Origin: Acidobacteriota bacterium | GTDB taxonomy: Bacteria > Acidobacteriota > UBA890 > WLXD01 | NCBI GenBank assembly: GCA_965205505.1 | Contig: CBDBHB010000007.1 | Span: 352,001-416,000 of the forward strand | DNA: 64,000 nucleotides | Reading direction: 5' to 3' | In this document: positions 31,818 to 40,365 of the stretch, in pieces | Layout of the letters: every line of letters starts with the position of its first letter | Position numbering within the stretch: the stretch's first letter is position 1 | Notes under the pieces: generated by a model | Databases searched by the model: none | What the model saw: the letters and a program-made list of their open reading frames with translations, nothing else | What the model was told of the DNA's origin: nothing | Translations under genes and position numbers: made by a program

Positions 31818-32186
31818 TCAGGAGCGCTCGGGCGCCAGGCTCTTGGCGCGTACGACCGCCACCAGCTCTTCGAGTCGCGCCGCCTCCAGATTCATGACCT
31901 CGTGCCCGCGCAGGGTGAGACAGAAGTACTTGCGCCGCGGGTCGCGGGCGGCGCCCGCCGGAGCCCCGGCCGACGCCACCAGGCCGCAGGCGTCGAGGCG
32001 ACGGAGCGCCTGATACAGAGCTCCGGTGGTGGGCTTCAGCTTGCCGCGCGACCGCGCCTCGATCTCCTTGCCGATGGCATAGCCGTGTGCGGCCTTGTCG
32101 GCCAACGCCAGCAGCACGTGGAACGAGAGGTTGCTGAGCGGAATCAGTGACTCCGCCGACTGCTCTGCGGTGGCGCTACCTTGCAC
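31818..32186 (-). CDS. PadR family transcriptional regulator
   Basis: FHVLLAL..AHGYAI..GALYQALRRL..DPRRKYF; start uncertain. Confidence 0.9.
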   Translation of the reverse strand: MQGSATAEQSAESLIPLSNLSFHVLLALADKAAHGYAIGKEIEARSRGKLKPTTGALYQALRRLDACGLVASAGAPAGAARDPRRKYFCLTLRGHEVMNLEAARLEELVAVVRAKSLAPERS

Positions 32187-32272
32187 GGAAAGGATCGCTC
32201 CAGGAGGCTCGCCGGCGCGGCAACATTGGCCGCACACGCGAGAGAAATGAGGTATCGAAGACTAGAGTGACA

Positions 32273-32289
32273 ACAACTATAGTTGTCAA
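32273..32289 (-). promoter_or_regulatory. Putative PadR operator overlapping a -35 box
   Basis: Perfect 14-bp palindrome acaactatagttgt (32273-32286) overlapping minus-strand TTGACA (32284-32289). Confidence 0.6.
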
Positions 32290-32377
32290 CAGGCTACCTT
32301 GCAACACCAAAGGTTGCGGAGGCGGCTCGGTAGACCTCGGGCACTCGCCCCTGGTTCGCCAGCGCACGCCGCCGGGC

Positions 32378-33988
32378 TCACCGCTCCTCGCTGGTCGCCG
32401 TCGCCTCGCGGATCTCGGTCAGGTCGGCCAGATCAACATCTGCGTTAGCCCAGTTGTCACGCAGCTGTGCGTACGCTGCCGCGGCGCGGGCGCTCTCACC
32501 GACCGCCTCGGCCGCACGTGCCAGACCCAACAAGGTGACCGCCCGACCGGGCGTACGCTCCAAAGCGCGATCGTAGTGCGCGACCGCCGCGCCGGGGTCT
32601 CCGGACTCACGCAACACGTCCGCCAGCAACTCGTGGGCCGGCTTCACCGGCACGGGTGGCCCGAAGGCGAACGGCTGCTCGTCTTCGATCGCTGTCGCCT
32701 CCTCGAGCTGCTTGATGGCACCGTTGGTATCTCCCGCATCCAGCGCCAGCAACGCGCGTATCTCCAGCTCGACGATACGGCTCGGGGCATTGCGTCCCCG
32801 CCAATCGCCCGCCTCGGAGCTGCCCAGCATTGCAGACACATCGCGAAGCGCCGCCTCCGCGGCGCCGCGATCCCCGCGCGCCAGTGCGGCAACCAGCTGA
32901 GCGTACTGGTGGCTTGCGCGCGTGGCACCGTCAACATCGAGGTCGCTGGCGATAGCGGCCAGATCATCCCCGCCAGCGGCAACGATGTGCGCCGCGCGCA
33001 TCGCGCCTAGAACACGGCGCATTCCCGGGCTCTCACCGTCGGTCCCCAGTTCGGCGACGAAGCCGTCGATAAGGGCGCGCGCAGCGTTGTAGCGACCCTG
33101 CTGCAGGAACGCATAGTGCTCCCACAAGCGCGCGTGGTAGCCGCGAGCCGCTTTGCTGAGGCCCTTGCGCTGCTGGCGCCGCACCGAGGCCTGCCAGGAT
33201 TCCTCGTTCAAGCCGGCAACCTCGTCCCACATGCCCAGCGCCACGAAGATGTGCGTCGGCATGTGCAGGGCGTGACCGGCGCGTTGCGCCACCTCGGAGT
33301 ACAGCCGCGCCGCGCGCAACCCCAGCGGCGCATGGGTCGGATCATCGTAGGAGTGGATCAGGTAGTGGAGCGCCCCCGGATGATCAGGGTTGGTCGCGTA
33401 GACCTCCTCCACTACCGCGGCGGCCTTCATGTAACGCGTGATATCGCGACCGTCGTGACAGGTGCCGAGGATCGACAGCGCGTAGAAGGCGCGCGCATCG
33501 GCATCGTCCGGATACTTGCGCATGAGTTGTTGCATGGCGTCGCTGTACGCGTAGTCACGCTCACGCTTGTCGCCGTTGCCGTACATCACTTCGATCGTGT
33601 GCAGGTAGTCGCGCTCGCGCTCGGTGCCGGCCTTGGCGTAGCGCGCCTCAGCCGTCGCGCCGAGCGTCGCCAGTGCGGCACGCGCGGCGTCCCGATCTTG
33701 CTGCTGCCAGATCGGGTGGTTGTGAGTCTGAGCCTCGCCCCAATAGGCCATGGCGAAGTCAGGATCGATCTCATGCGCTGCCTGGAACGCCTCGCGAGCG
33801 TCTTCGTATTCGAAGCTGTGCAACAGCAGCAGCCCGCGTATGAACATGTCCTGGGCTTCCGGCGCGCCCGAGTTGGCGAACGCCAGCTCACCCAGGCCTT
33901 GTTCTTGGCCCCTTGCAATGCCCGGCGCTATAGCGGCAACGAGCAACAGGATAAGGGGCGTGACGATCCGCGATGTGATGTGTCGCAT
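32378..33988 (-). CDS. Exported TPR protein
   Basis: Signal peptide, LLHSFEY, DPDFAMAYWG, HPGALHYLIHSYD, HALHMPTHIF. Confidence 0.85.
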   Translation of the reverse strand: MRHITSRIVTPLILLLVAAIAPGIARGQEQGLGELAFANSGAPEAQDMFIRGLLLLHSFEYEDAREAFQAAHEIDPDFAMAYWGEAQTHNHPIWQQQDRDAARAALATLGATAEARYAKAGTERERDYLHTIEVMYGNGDKRERDYAYSDAMQQLMRKYPDDADARAFYALSILGTCHDGRDITRYMKAAAVVEEVYATNPDHPGALHYLIHSYDDPTHAPLGLRAARLYSEVAQRAGHALHMPTHIFVALGMWDEVAGLNEESWQASVRRQQRKGLSKAARGYHARLWEHYAFLQQGRYNAARALIDGFVAELGTDGESPGMRRVLGAMRAAHIVAAGGDDLAAIASDLDVDGATRASHQYAQLVAALARGDRGAAEAALRDVSAMLGSSEAGDWRGRNAPSRIVELEIRALLALDAGDTNGAIKQLEEATAIEDEQPFAFGPPVPVKPAHELLADVLRESGDPGAAVAHYDRALERTPGRAVTLLGLARAAEAVGESARAAAAYAQLRDNWANADVDLADLTEIREATATSEER

Positions 33989-34125
33989 GGGTCCTCCAGA
34001 AGATCCCTTGGGGTCCGCTAACGGTGCGTGCAAGGTACCCACAATAGTCCAGGCGCGCGGCGCGCTCCACGGCGTCGGGACCCATCCGGCCAATTTGCGC
34101 CGCGCACGCGTTGTCGAGCAGGGTG

Positions 34126-35082
34126 CTACAGGACAAGCCTGCCGACGTAGACGGCGTAACCGGCAAGCAGCAGCGCACCTTCCCAGCGCACCATGGCCCG
34201 GTGCAAACCCAGACCGAGCGTCATGGCAACGCTGAACACCAGCACCACCGGAATATCGAAGCTGACGATCTCGTCGGCGACCGGGAGCGGCCGAATCATT
34301 GCCCCGACGCCCAGCGCGCCGAGCAGATTGAAGATATTGCTGCCGACGATATTGCCCACCAGCACGTCGGTCTCACCGCGCATCGCGGCCACTACCGAGG
34401 TCGCCAGCTCCGGCAGCGACGTCCCCAGCGCCACCACGCTCACCGAGATCACGAACTCGCTGACGCCGAACGCACGCGCCAGCTGCAGCGCCGAGCCGAC
34501 CAGCAGATGGGCGCCGACAACGAGACCGACGAGCCCGGCCACGACTCGGCCACATTCCACCCCCAGGTGGACCTGCGGGGCTGAGCCGGAAGCTATTCCG
34601 GCGCGCTCGCGCTCCGCTGTGGTGGGCGCGAGCTCGGTCTCGCCGCGCGCCCAGCGCAGCGTCAGCCAGGTGAATCCCAGCAAGGCGCCGAGCAGCCCGA
34701 CGCCGGCCAACCGACCGATCTCACCGGTGCTCGCCAGCAGGTAAACGAGCACCGTGACTGCGAGCATGATTGGCATCTCGCGCCGTAACACTCGCGTGTG
34801 CACCGGAATCGGGCGCAGCAGCGCCGTGATCCCCAGAATCAATCCGATGTTGGCGATGTTGCTGCCGAAGACGTTGCCAAGAACTATGTCGGTGTTACCG
34901 CGCCAGGCCGCCACACCGCCGGCCACCATCTCCGGCATCGACGTACCGAAAGCCACCACGGTGAGACCGATGGCCAGCGAGGAGATTCGCAGTGATAGAG
35001 CGATCCGCGACGATCCTCGAACGAGCCACTCCGCACCCCAGTAGAGGGCAACCAGACCGAGGGCGAGAGAGAGAAAGGTCAT
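34126..35082 (-). CDS. Calcium/sodium antiporter (YrbG/CaCA)
   Basis: Two alpha repeats GTSMPE and GTSLPE, with GSNIAN and GSNIFN. Confidence 0.93.
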   Translation of the reverse strand: MTFLSLALGLVALYWGAEWLVRGSSRIALSLRISSLAIGLTVVAFGTSMPEMVAGGVAAWRGNTDIVLGNVFGSNIANIGLILGITALLRPIPVHTRVLRREMPIMLAVTVLVYLLASTGEIGRLAGVGLLGALLGFTWLTLRWARGETELAPTTAERERAGIASGSAPQVHLGVECGRVVAGLVGLVVGAHLLVGSALQLARAFGVSEFVISVSVVALGTSLPELATSVVAAMRGETDVLVGNIVGSNIFNLLGALGVGAMIRPLPVADEIVSFDIPVVLVFSVAMTLGLGLHRAMVRWEGALLLAGYAVYVGRLVL

Positions 35083-35116
35083 ACAGGCTCAGAGTCGGTG
35101 GGAGCGCCCGCATAGC

Positions 35117-35152
35117 CTAGCAGGCTGCCACACTTCCACCACGGCCTGCTAG
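35117..35152. repeat. Internally deleted 36-bp MITE with CTAG at both ends
   Basis: ctagcaggctgccacacttccaccacggcctgctag. Confidence 0.85.
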
Positions 35153-35177
35153 CAGCCGCGCCCAGGCATTCGATGCT

Positions 35178-35615
35178 TCAGGATGCGAAAGGATCCAGCG
35201 CGCGGACTCCCGAGAACTTCCCGAAATCGGTGTCGTTGGAATACAGCACCGGCACACCGTGCTCCAACAGCAGGGCGACGAGATGTGCGTCGGGCGTCAG
35301 GTTGCCGCGTACAACGACCCCGCGCGTGACCTCGCCGTAGCACTCCCAGAATCGTTCGCCTTCGCCCAGGACGCGCACGTTGGGCAGTGACAGCAGCGAC
35401 TCCACGTTGGCGACCGCCGCCGCCGGTGTCAGGGGGTTTGCGAAGATACGGGTGTGGGTGGCGATGCGCAGATAGCTCATCAGCGTCGGCCAACCGAGGC
35501 AGAAGAGCTCGGCGCCACCTACCCGCTGGCGCAAGAACTCCGCTGCCCGCTGGTGAAACGGCGAGCCGGTGTCGGATGCGTACAGCAGGATGTTGGCGTC
35601 GACGGCAAAGCTCAC
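35178..35615 (-). CDS. vapC: VapC PIN-domain toxin
   Basis: VDANILLYA, RGNLTPDAHLVAL, SNDTDF; start overlaps the antitoxin stop. Confidence 0.9.
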   Translation of the reverse strand: MSFAVDANILLYASDTGSPFHQRAAEFLRQRVGGAELFCLGWPTLMSYLRIATHTRIFANPLTPAAAVANVESLLSLPNVRVLGEGERFWECYGEVTRGVVVRGNLTPDAHLVALLLEHGVPVLYSNDTDFGKFSGVRALDPFAS

Positions 35616-35848
35616 GAATCGTTGTCGAGAGCGGCGTGCAGCGCGTCCTTGTCGCCGATGTCGACGAGCGCACGCATGTCTTGCACCGTCCACTGCAGCT
35701 CGCGCACAACAGAATTGCTGGTGCGCCCCGCGAGCGCCACGCTCAAAAGATCCGATACGAGCCGTCCAAGTGACTTACCTTCGGCACGCTGCAACCTCTT
35801 GATCTCCTGTAACACCGGCGTGTCGATATCCACCGTGGTCCTTGCCAT
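35612..35848 (-). CDS. VapB-type (RHH) antitoxin
   Basis: MARTTVDID..L.EIK..GKSLGRLVSDLL; 78 aa, directly upstream of vapC. Confidence 0.85.
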   Translation of the reverse strand: MARTTVDIDTPVLQEIKRLQRAEGKSLGRLVSDLLSVALAGRTSNSVVRELQWTVQDMRALVDIGDKDALHAALDNDS

Positions 35849-35935
35849 GCATCAGATACTAGCAAATTATTCATCAGATGACAGTACTATTCGATGCCGA
35901 TTGGTGGGCGCCGACTTCGGTACGATAAGAAGGTT

Positions 35936-37234
35936 ATGAGCTCGATGATTCCGGCGCCAGCGAAGCTTCTCAGGATTCTCATCCTCGCAGCGCTGCCATT
36001 CGCTGTCCCGGGCGCGGTGCTGGCTCAGAGCAACGCGGAAAGCGTTGACGCTGCAGGGCACCGCGATGGTCCGAAGCGCCCCCTACGGATCGCCGGCGAG
36101 CAGGAAGAACCCGACGAGGACCCGAACGACATCCGCGTGTTCTGGCACGACGGCCTGCGCATGGAAACCGCCGACAAGCGGTTTCAGCTCCAGATCGGCG
36201 GACGCGTTCACCTCGACACCGCGTTCTTCGCCGACGAGAACGCCTTCGGCGGCCGTTTCGGCAAGCTCGAGAACACCACCGAGGTGCGGCGCGGGAGGCT
36301 ACACCTTCTGGGCTACATGTACGGCAGCGTAGATTACAAGTTCGAGCTCGACTTCGCCGGCGGCCAGGCCGAAGTCAGGGACATGTACCTCGGCGTGCGG
36401 AATCTTCCGATGACGTTGCGCCTCGGCCACCAGAAGGAGCCGTGGAGCATCGAGGCGCAGACCAGCAGCCGTTTCATCACCTTCATGGAGCGCTCGCTGG
36501 CGATCGTCTTCTCACCCGACCGCAACTTCGGAGTACGGGTGGAGAAGGTCACGGGCGGGCGCACCAGCTGGTCGGCCGGGGTGTTCCGCGAGACCGACGG
36601 CTTCGCCGCAGCGGTGGGAGACAACTACAACCTCAGCGGACGTGTCACCCATGCGCCGATCCTGCAGGACGACGGGCGCCAGCTCCTGCACCTGGGAGTC
36701 GCCTATACGCACAAGCTCGTCGACGGTGCTTTGACGCTCGACCTGCGTCCGGACGTGCACACAGCTCCGAAGCTCGTGCAGCTCGTGGTCCCGGCAACCT
36801 CGGCCGACTACCTGCAGGGCGAGGTATCCGCCAACGTCGGCTCCCTCGGGCTACAGGGTGAGTACGTGCAAGCGTGGTTGAAATCGGTCGAGCGCAACGA
36901 CCCATCGCTCAACGGCTGGTACCTGCAGGGAAGCTACTTCATCACCGGGGAGTCCCGACCTTACACAGGAACTCTGTTCGGCCGGCTGAACCCAAATCAC
37001 AACTTCCTGGACGGCGGCTCCGGAGCCTGGGAGATCGCGGCGCGCTACGCTCGCGCCAATCTGAGCGAGGGCACAGAAACGGGGCTCGGTGTGCTCGCAG
37101 CGTTCACCGCCGGACTCAACTGGTACTGGAACCCCAACGTCCGATTGATGTTCAACTACACGCGTGCCGATGTCACGGACCTGGGCACTGACCCGACATC
37201 GATCTACCAGTGGCGAGTAGCGTTCGACCTCTAG
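35936..37234 (+). CDS. OprO/OprP-like phosphate-selective porin
   Basis: GGRVHLD, EVRRGRL, TSSRFITFMERS, TGESRPY, GAWEIAARY, GLNWYWN. Confidence 0.9.
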   Translation: MSSMIPAPAKLLRILILAALPFAVPGAVLAQSNAESVDAAGHRDGPKRPLRIAGEQEEPDEDPNDIRVFWHDGLRMETADKRFQLQIGGRVHLDTAFFADENAFGGRFGKLENTTEVRRGRLHLLGYMYGSVDYKFELDFAGGQAEVRDMYLGVRNLPMTLRLGHQKEPWSIEAQTSSRFITFMERSLAIVFSPDRNFGVRVEKVTGGRTSWSAGVFRETDGFAAAVGDNYNLSGRVTHAPILQDDGRQLLHLGVAYTHKLVDGALTLDLRPDVHTAPKLVQLVVPATSADYLQGEVSANVGSLGLQGEYVQAWLKSVERNDPSLNGWYLQGSYFITGESRPYTGTLFGRLNPNHNFLDGGSGAWEIAARYARANLSEGTETGLGVLAAFTAGLNWYWNPNVRLMFNYTRADVTDLGTDPTSIYQWRVAFDL

Positions 37235-37251
37235 CAGGCCTCGCTAGCGCG

Positions 37252-38259
37252 TCAGAAAATCGCCGCGAATCGACCAACGAACCAGTACGCCGCGACGATG
37301 CCGATCGCGTACGGCGGCAGCGCTGCGGCCCAACGTGGCCGCTGTACGTAGCGGCGCGCGGCAAGCCTCGCGAGCGCCAACATCAGGCCGACGAACAGCA
37401 GTTGCCCGATCTCGACGCCGATGTTAAAGAACAGCAGAGCGATGGGAACGTCGCCCGCCGGTAGTCCCAGCTCGGTCAGAGCGCCCGCAAACCCGAGTCC
37501 GTGTAGTAACCCGAAGCCGAAGGCAGCGATCCACGGGTAGCGCACCGTGAGGGTGTGATCGCCGCGGGTCGCGTGCACCAGTTCAGCAGCGACAAACACG
37601 ATGCTGAGAGCGATGGTGGACTCCACCGCGCTCGGCGGGACGCGCACGAAGCCGAGCGTAGCCAGTCCAAGCGTGATGCTGTGAGCGACGGTGAACGCGG
37701 TGATGGTCTTCACCAGCAGCCATCGACTCTCCACCAGGAGCAGCAGGGCGAGCACGAACAGCAGGTGATCGATGCCGGCGAGAATATGCGCGATCCCGAG
37801 CCTCGCGTACGTCTGTGCCACCTCCAGGGTCGAGGGCTCCGCGGTAACAACCAGCGATGGGGATCGAGCTCGTAGCATCGATGTCCGAACCGCGCCAGTA
37901 GCGGCTTCGATCCGCACCAGGACCTCTGCGTTGGTGTTTGCAAGGCCATCGACCTCCACCACCCCGCCCTCCAGCCCGCCATCGCACTCGACCGTCCAGC
38001 GGCCAACTCGCGCGATGGCCGTACGCGTGACTCGTGGCTCGCTCGTGGCACGGCAATTCTCGGGAAAGACGGGGGTGAGTCCCAGCGCAAGATCCGGGGT
38101 CGGCACCTTCCACAGCACACTGTATGCACCCGGCGCGGTCTCCCGGATCTGGAGAAACTCCGGCCACAGCTCGTGCGCCAGCGCCGGCGCGGCTGTGCCG
38201 AGCAATGTAATCAGCACACCGAGCGCTACGCCCCCGGCGACGACAGCTCGCCACCTCAC
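37252..38259 (-). CDS. HupE/UreJ family protein
   Basis: AHE, HILAGIDHLLFV, TAFTVAHSITL, FGLLHGLGFA, FNIGVEIGQ. Confidence 0.92.
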   Translation of the reverse strand: MRWRAVVAGGVALGVLITLLGTAAPALAHELWPEFLQIRETAPGAYSVLWKVPTPDLALGLTPVFPENCRATSEPRVTRTAIARVGRWTVECDGGLEGGVVEVDGLANTNAEVLVRIEAATGAVRTSMLRARSPSLVVTAEPSTLEVAQTYARLGIAHILAGIDHLLFVLALLLLVESRWLLVKTITAFTVAHSITLGLATLGFVRVPPSAVESTIALSIVFVAAELVHATRGDHTLTVRYPWIAAFGFGLLHGLGFAGALTELGLPAGDVPIALLFFNIGVEIGQLLFVGLMLALARLAARRYVQRPRWAAALPPYAIGIVAAYWFVGRFAAIF

Positions 38260-38729
38260 TACTGTGCTGCTTCCGGCGCGCTCGACTCAGTGAGCAAGCG
38301 GTCCAGCCGCTCGTCTTCAATTGTCACGTTGTAGCGATCCAGGAGAGCCGCATACGCAGCGTCATCGCCGGGCTGAGATTGATCGCCTAAATCCTCGAGG
38401 ATGAACTGCATTCTTTGCGCCAGCCGACGACGGATCACCGAGTCTTCTTGGTCCAAGCCCAATGCCAGCCCTTCGAGATAGAGCACCTCGATGCGGACAT
38501 AAGCGCGGAGCTGGCCGAGCAGCTCCGCCTCGGTGGGAGGTCGCTGCCACTGCTGCTCCCAGATGTCCGCGAGCCGCTGGATGTCGTCCGCGGTAACAAC
38601 AACGCTGTCACCCTGGTCTGCGCGGTCGTTGCCGAACAGCGCCACTAGCAAGAATAGCGCCGTGCCAGCGAGCAGAAAGTGCACCAGCGGCTCGCGCAGC
38701 AAGGTGGCGCGCGGCGACGGTTCGCTCAC
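38259..38729 (-). CDS. PPIase-type (rotamase-associated) protein apparently lacking the PPIase domain
   Basis: LLREPLVHF..EVLYLEGLALGLD..D.VIRRRLAQRM.F joined directly to the C-terminal YAALLDRYNV. Confidence 0.7.
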   Translation of the reverse strand: MSEPSPRATLLREPLVHFLLAGTALFLLVALFGNDRADQGDSVVVTADDIQRLADIWEQQWQRPPTEAELLGQLRAYVRIEVLYLEGLALGLDQEDSVIRRRLAQRMQFILEDLGDQSQPGDDAAYAALLDRYNVTIEDERLDRLLTESSAPEAAQ

Positions 38730-38957
38730 CAGCGGCGACCCTGCGCCGATCCAGCAATGCTCGGTTTTGTCACGTTGCCCTCTGTGCGGTGCTCGAGTGC
38801 GGTCAGAAGCTGAAGCGCGCTCCGAAGATGTCCGCGCGTGACGATGTGCCAGGCGAAGCGCGCTGCTCCCGCGCCGGTCTCGTAGTCGTTTGGGAAGATA
38901 CAACGATACCCGAGACCGCGATCAACGATACGGGAAAGCACGTAGCCCGAGGCACGG

Positions 38958-39275
38958 TTGCGTGAGCGTCTGCCGGAGGCCCGATTCGTCGATCTTCTCG
39001 ACCAGGCGACGTATCGTGAGCTGAGTGCTCGGCCCGAGCGGCTCGTGAGGGCGTGGAGTCCGCAGGAACGGAGCCGGGCCGTCGAAGTGAAGAATACTCG
39101 GCGGATCCGACCGGAGGATTTGCGCTCGCTTCGCGCGTTCAAGACAAATTATTCCGAGGCTGAGCTATTGCTCTTGTATCGCGGTACCGAGCGCCGCAGG
39201 ATCGGCGACGTGCTCTGCCTGCCGGTCGACGAGTTCCTCGTCGAGCTCTCGCCTTCGGCCTCGCTGCCCGGATGA
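38958..39275 (+). pseudogene. Internally deleted AAA+ ATPase (AAA_14/DUF4143 type)
   Basis: N-proximal VDLLD..YRELSARPERL fused to the C-terminal AVEVK..DLRSLRAF..LLYRG. Confidence 0.6.
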
Positions 39276-39346
39276 GTCAATCCGTCTCCTCTTGAATACA
39301 AACGCAGCACTCGATCCCCTGACCCTCTCGCCGAGCTGGTGACGAT

Positions 39347-40291
39347 ATGGCCAACCAGCACACACGGATTAGCTGCTCGACAAACTTGCGGAGCCTGGGT
39401 GTCTTCATCGCGCTTCTGCTGGCTGCGCCGGTGATCGAGGCCCAGGAGACGGTGGAGGAGCGTTTCTCGGCGTCCGCTCCGCTGAGTGCTGCCGTGGCGG
39501 AGCAACGCCGGTGGGCGGGTCCCGGCGGAACCGACCTGCCCTTCACGACCGAGGACGAGATCCTGGACTTTCTCCGCACTGCGGAGGTCGTCGGGACGGA
39601 AGATATCGACGTCGGCGTGACCCGCCCGGTCCAGGTAACGCTGGAGAAAGATGGGGTGCGCGCCCGCGCGATCTTTCACGACGTCGATGTCGAGGTGCGG
39701 AACCAGCGCATCGGAGAGCAATTCTACTTTTCGTTTCACGACAGCTACCGCGCTCAATGCGCCGCCTACGCGTTGGCCCGCCTTCTGGGACTCAGAAACG
39801 TCCCCCCCACGGTCTGTCGGGCTATTAGGCGGCGCTACGGCAGCTTGCAGCTCTGGATAGAAGGGGCGCTGACGGAGGGAGCGCGCGCGGAACAGAAGCT
39901 GCGCCCCCCGGACTTCCGGCGCTGGACCTTGCAGCTCAATACGATTCGTCTGTTCGATGCGCTGCTGTTCAATGATGACCGTAACGCGGGAAACATCCTC
40001 ATCGATCCGGAATGGGTGTTGTGGATGATCGATCACACGCGGGCCTTCCAGCAGATCGAGAAGCTGCTGAACGTCGACGGGGTCATCCTCTGCGAACGGG
40101 ACCTGTGGCAACGGCTGCAGACACTCGGCGACAGCGTCATCGAAGACAGTCTGAGCGAGTTCTTCGAGGGATCGGAGATCAGAGCTTTGCTGAAGCGGCG
40201 AGAGTTACTGGTAGCGCGAATCCAAGGGCTGATCGATGCGCACGGTGAAGACCGGATCCTGTTCTCCTGGGACGACCTTGCACTACGCTGA
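39347..40291 (+). CDS. Exported atypical kinase-fold protein
   Basis: Signal peptide; AAYALARLLGL..VPPTV, GSLQLW, FDALLFNDDRNAGNIL, MIDHTRAF. Confidence 0.7.
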   Translation: MANQHTRISCSTNLRSLGVFIALLLAAPVIEAQETVEERFSASAPLSAAVAEQRRWAGPGGTDLPFTTEDEILDFLRTAEVVGTEDIDVGVTRPVQVTLEKDGVRARAIFHDVDVEVRNQRIGEQFYFSFHDSYRAQCAAYALARLLGLRNVPPTVCRAIRRRYGSLQLWIEGALTEGARAEQKLRPPDFRRWTLQLNTIRLFDALLFNDDRNAGNILIDPEWVLWMIDHTRAFQQIEKLLNVDGVILCERDLWQRLQTLGDSVIEDSLSEFFEGSEIRALLKRRELLVARIQGLIDAHGEDRILFSWDDLALR

Positions 40292-40365
40292 GTCTCCTAG
40301 ACCTGTAACAGAGGTTCCTCGCGTATTGCTGGGTCAACGCCTGCGTGGTCTAGGCTATCCGCATC

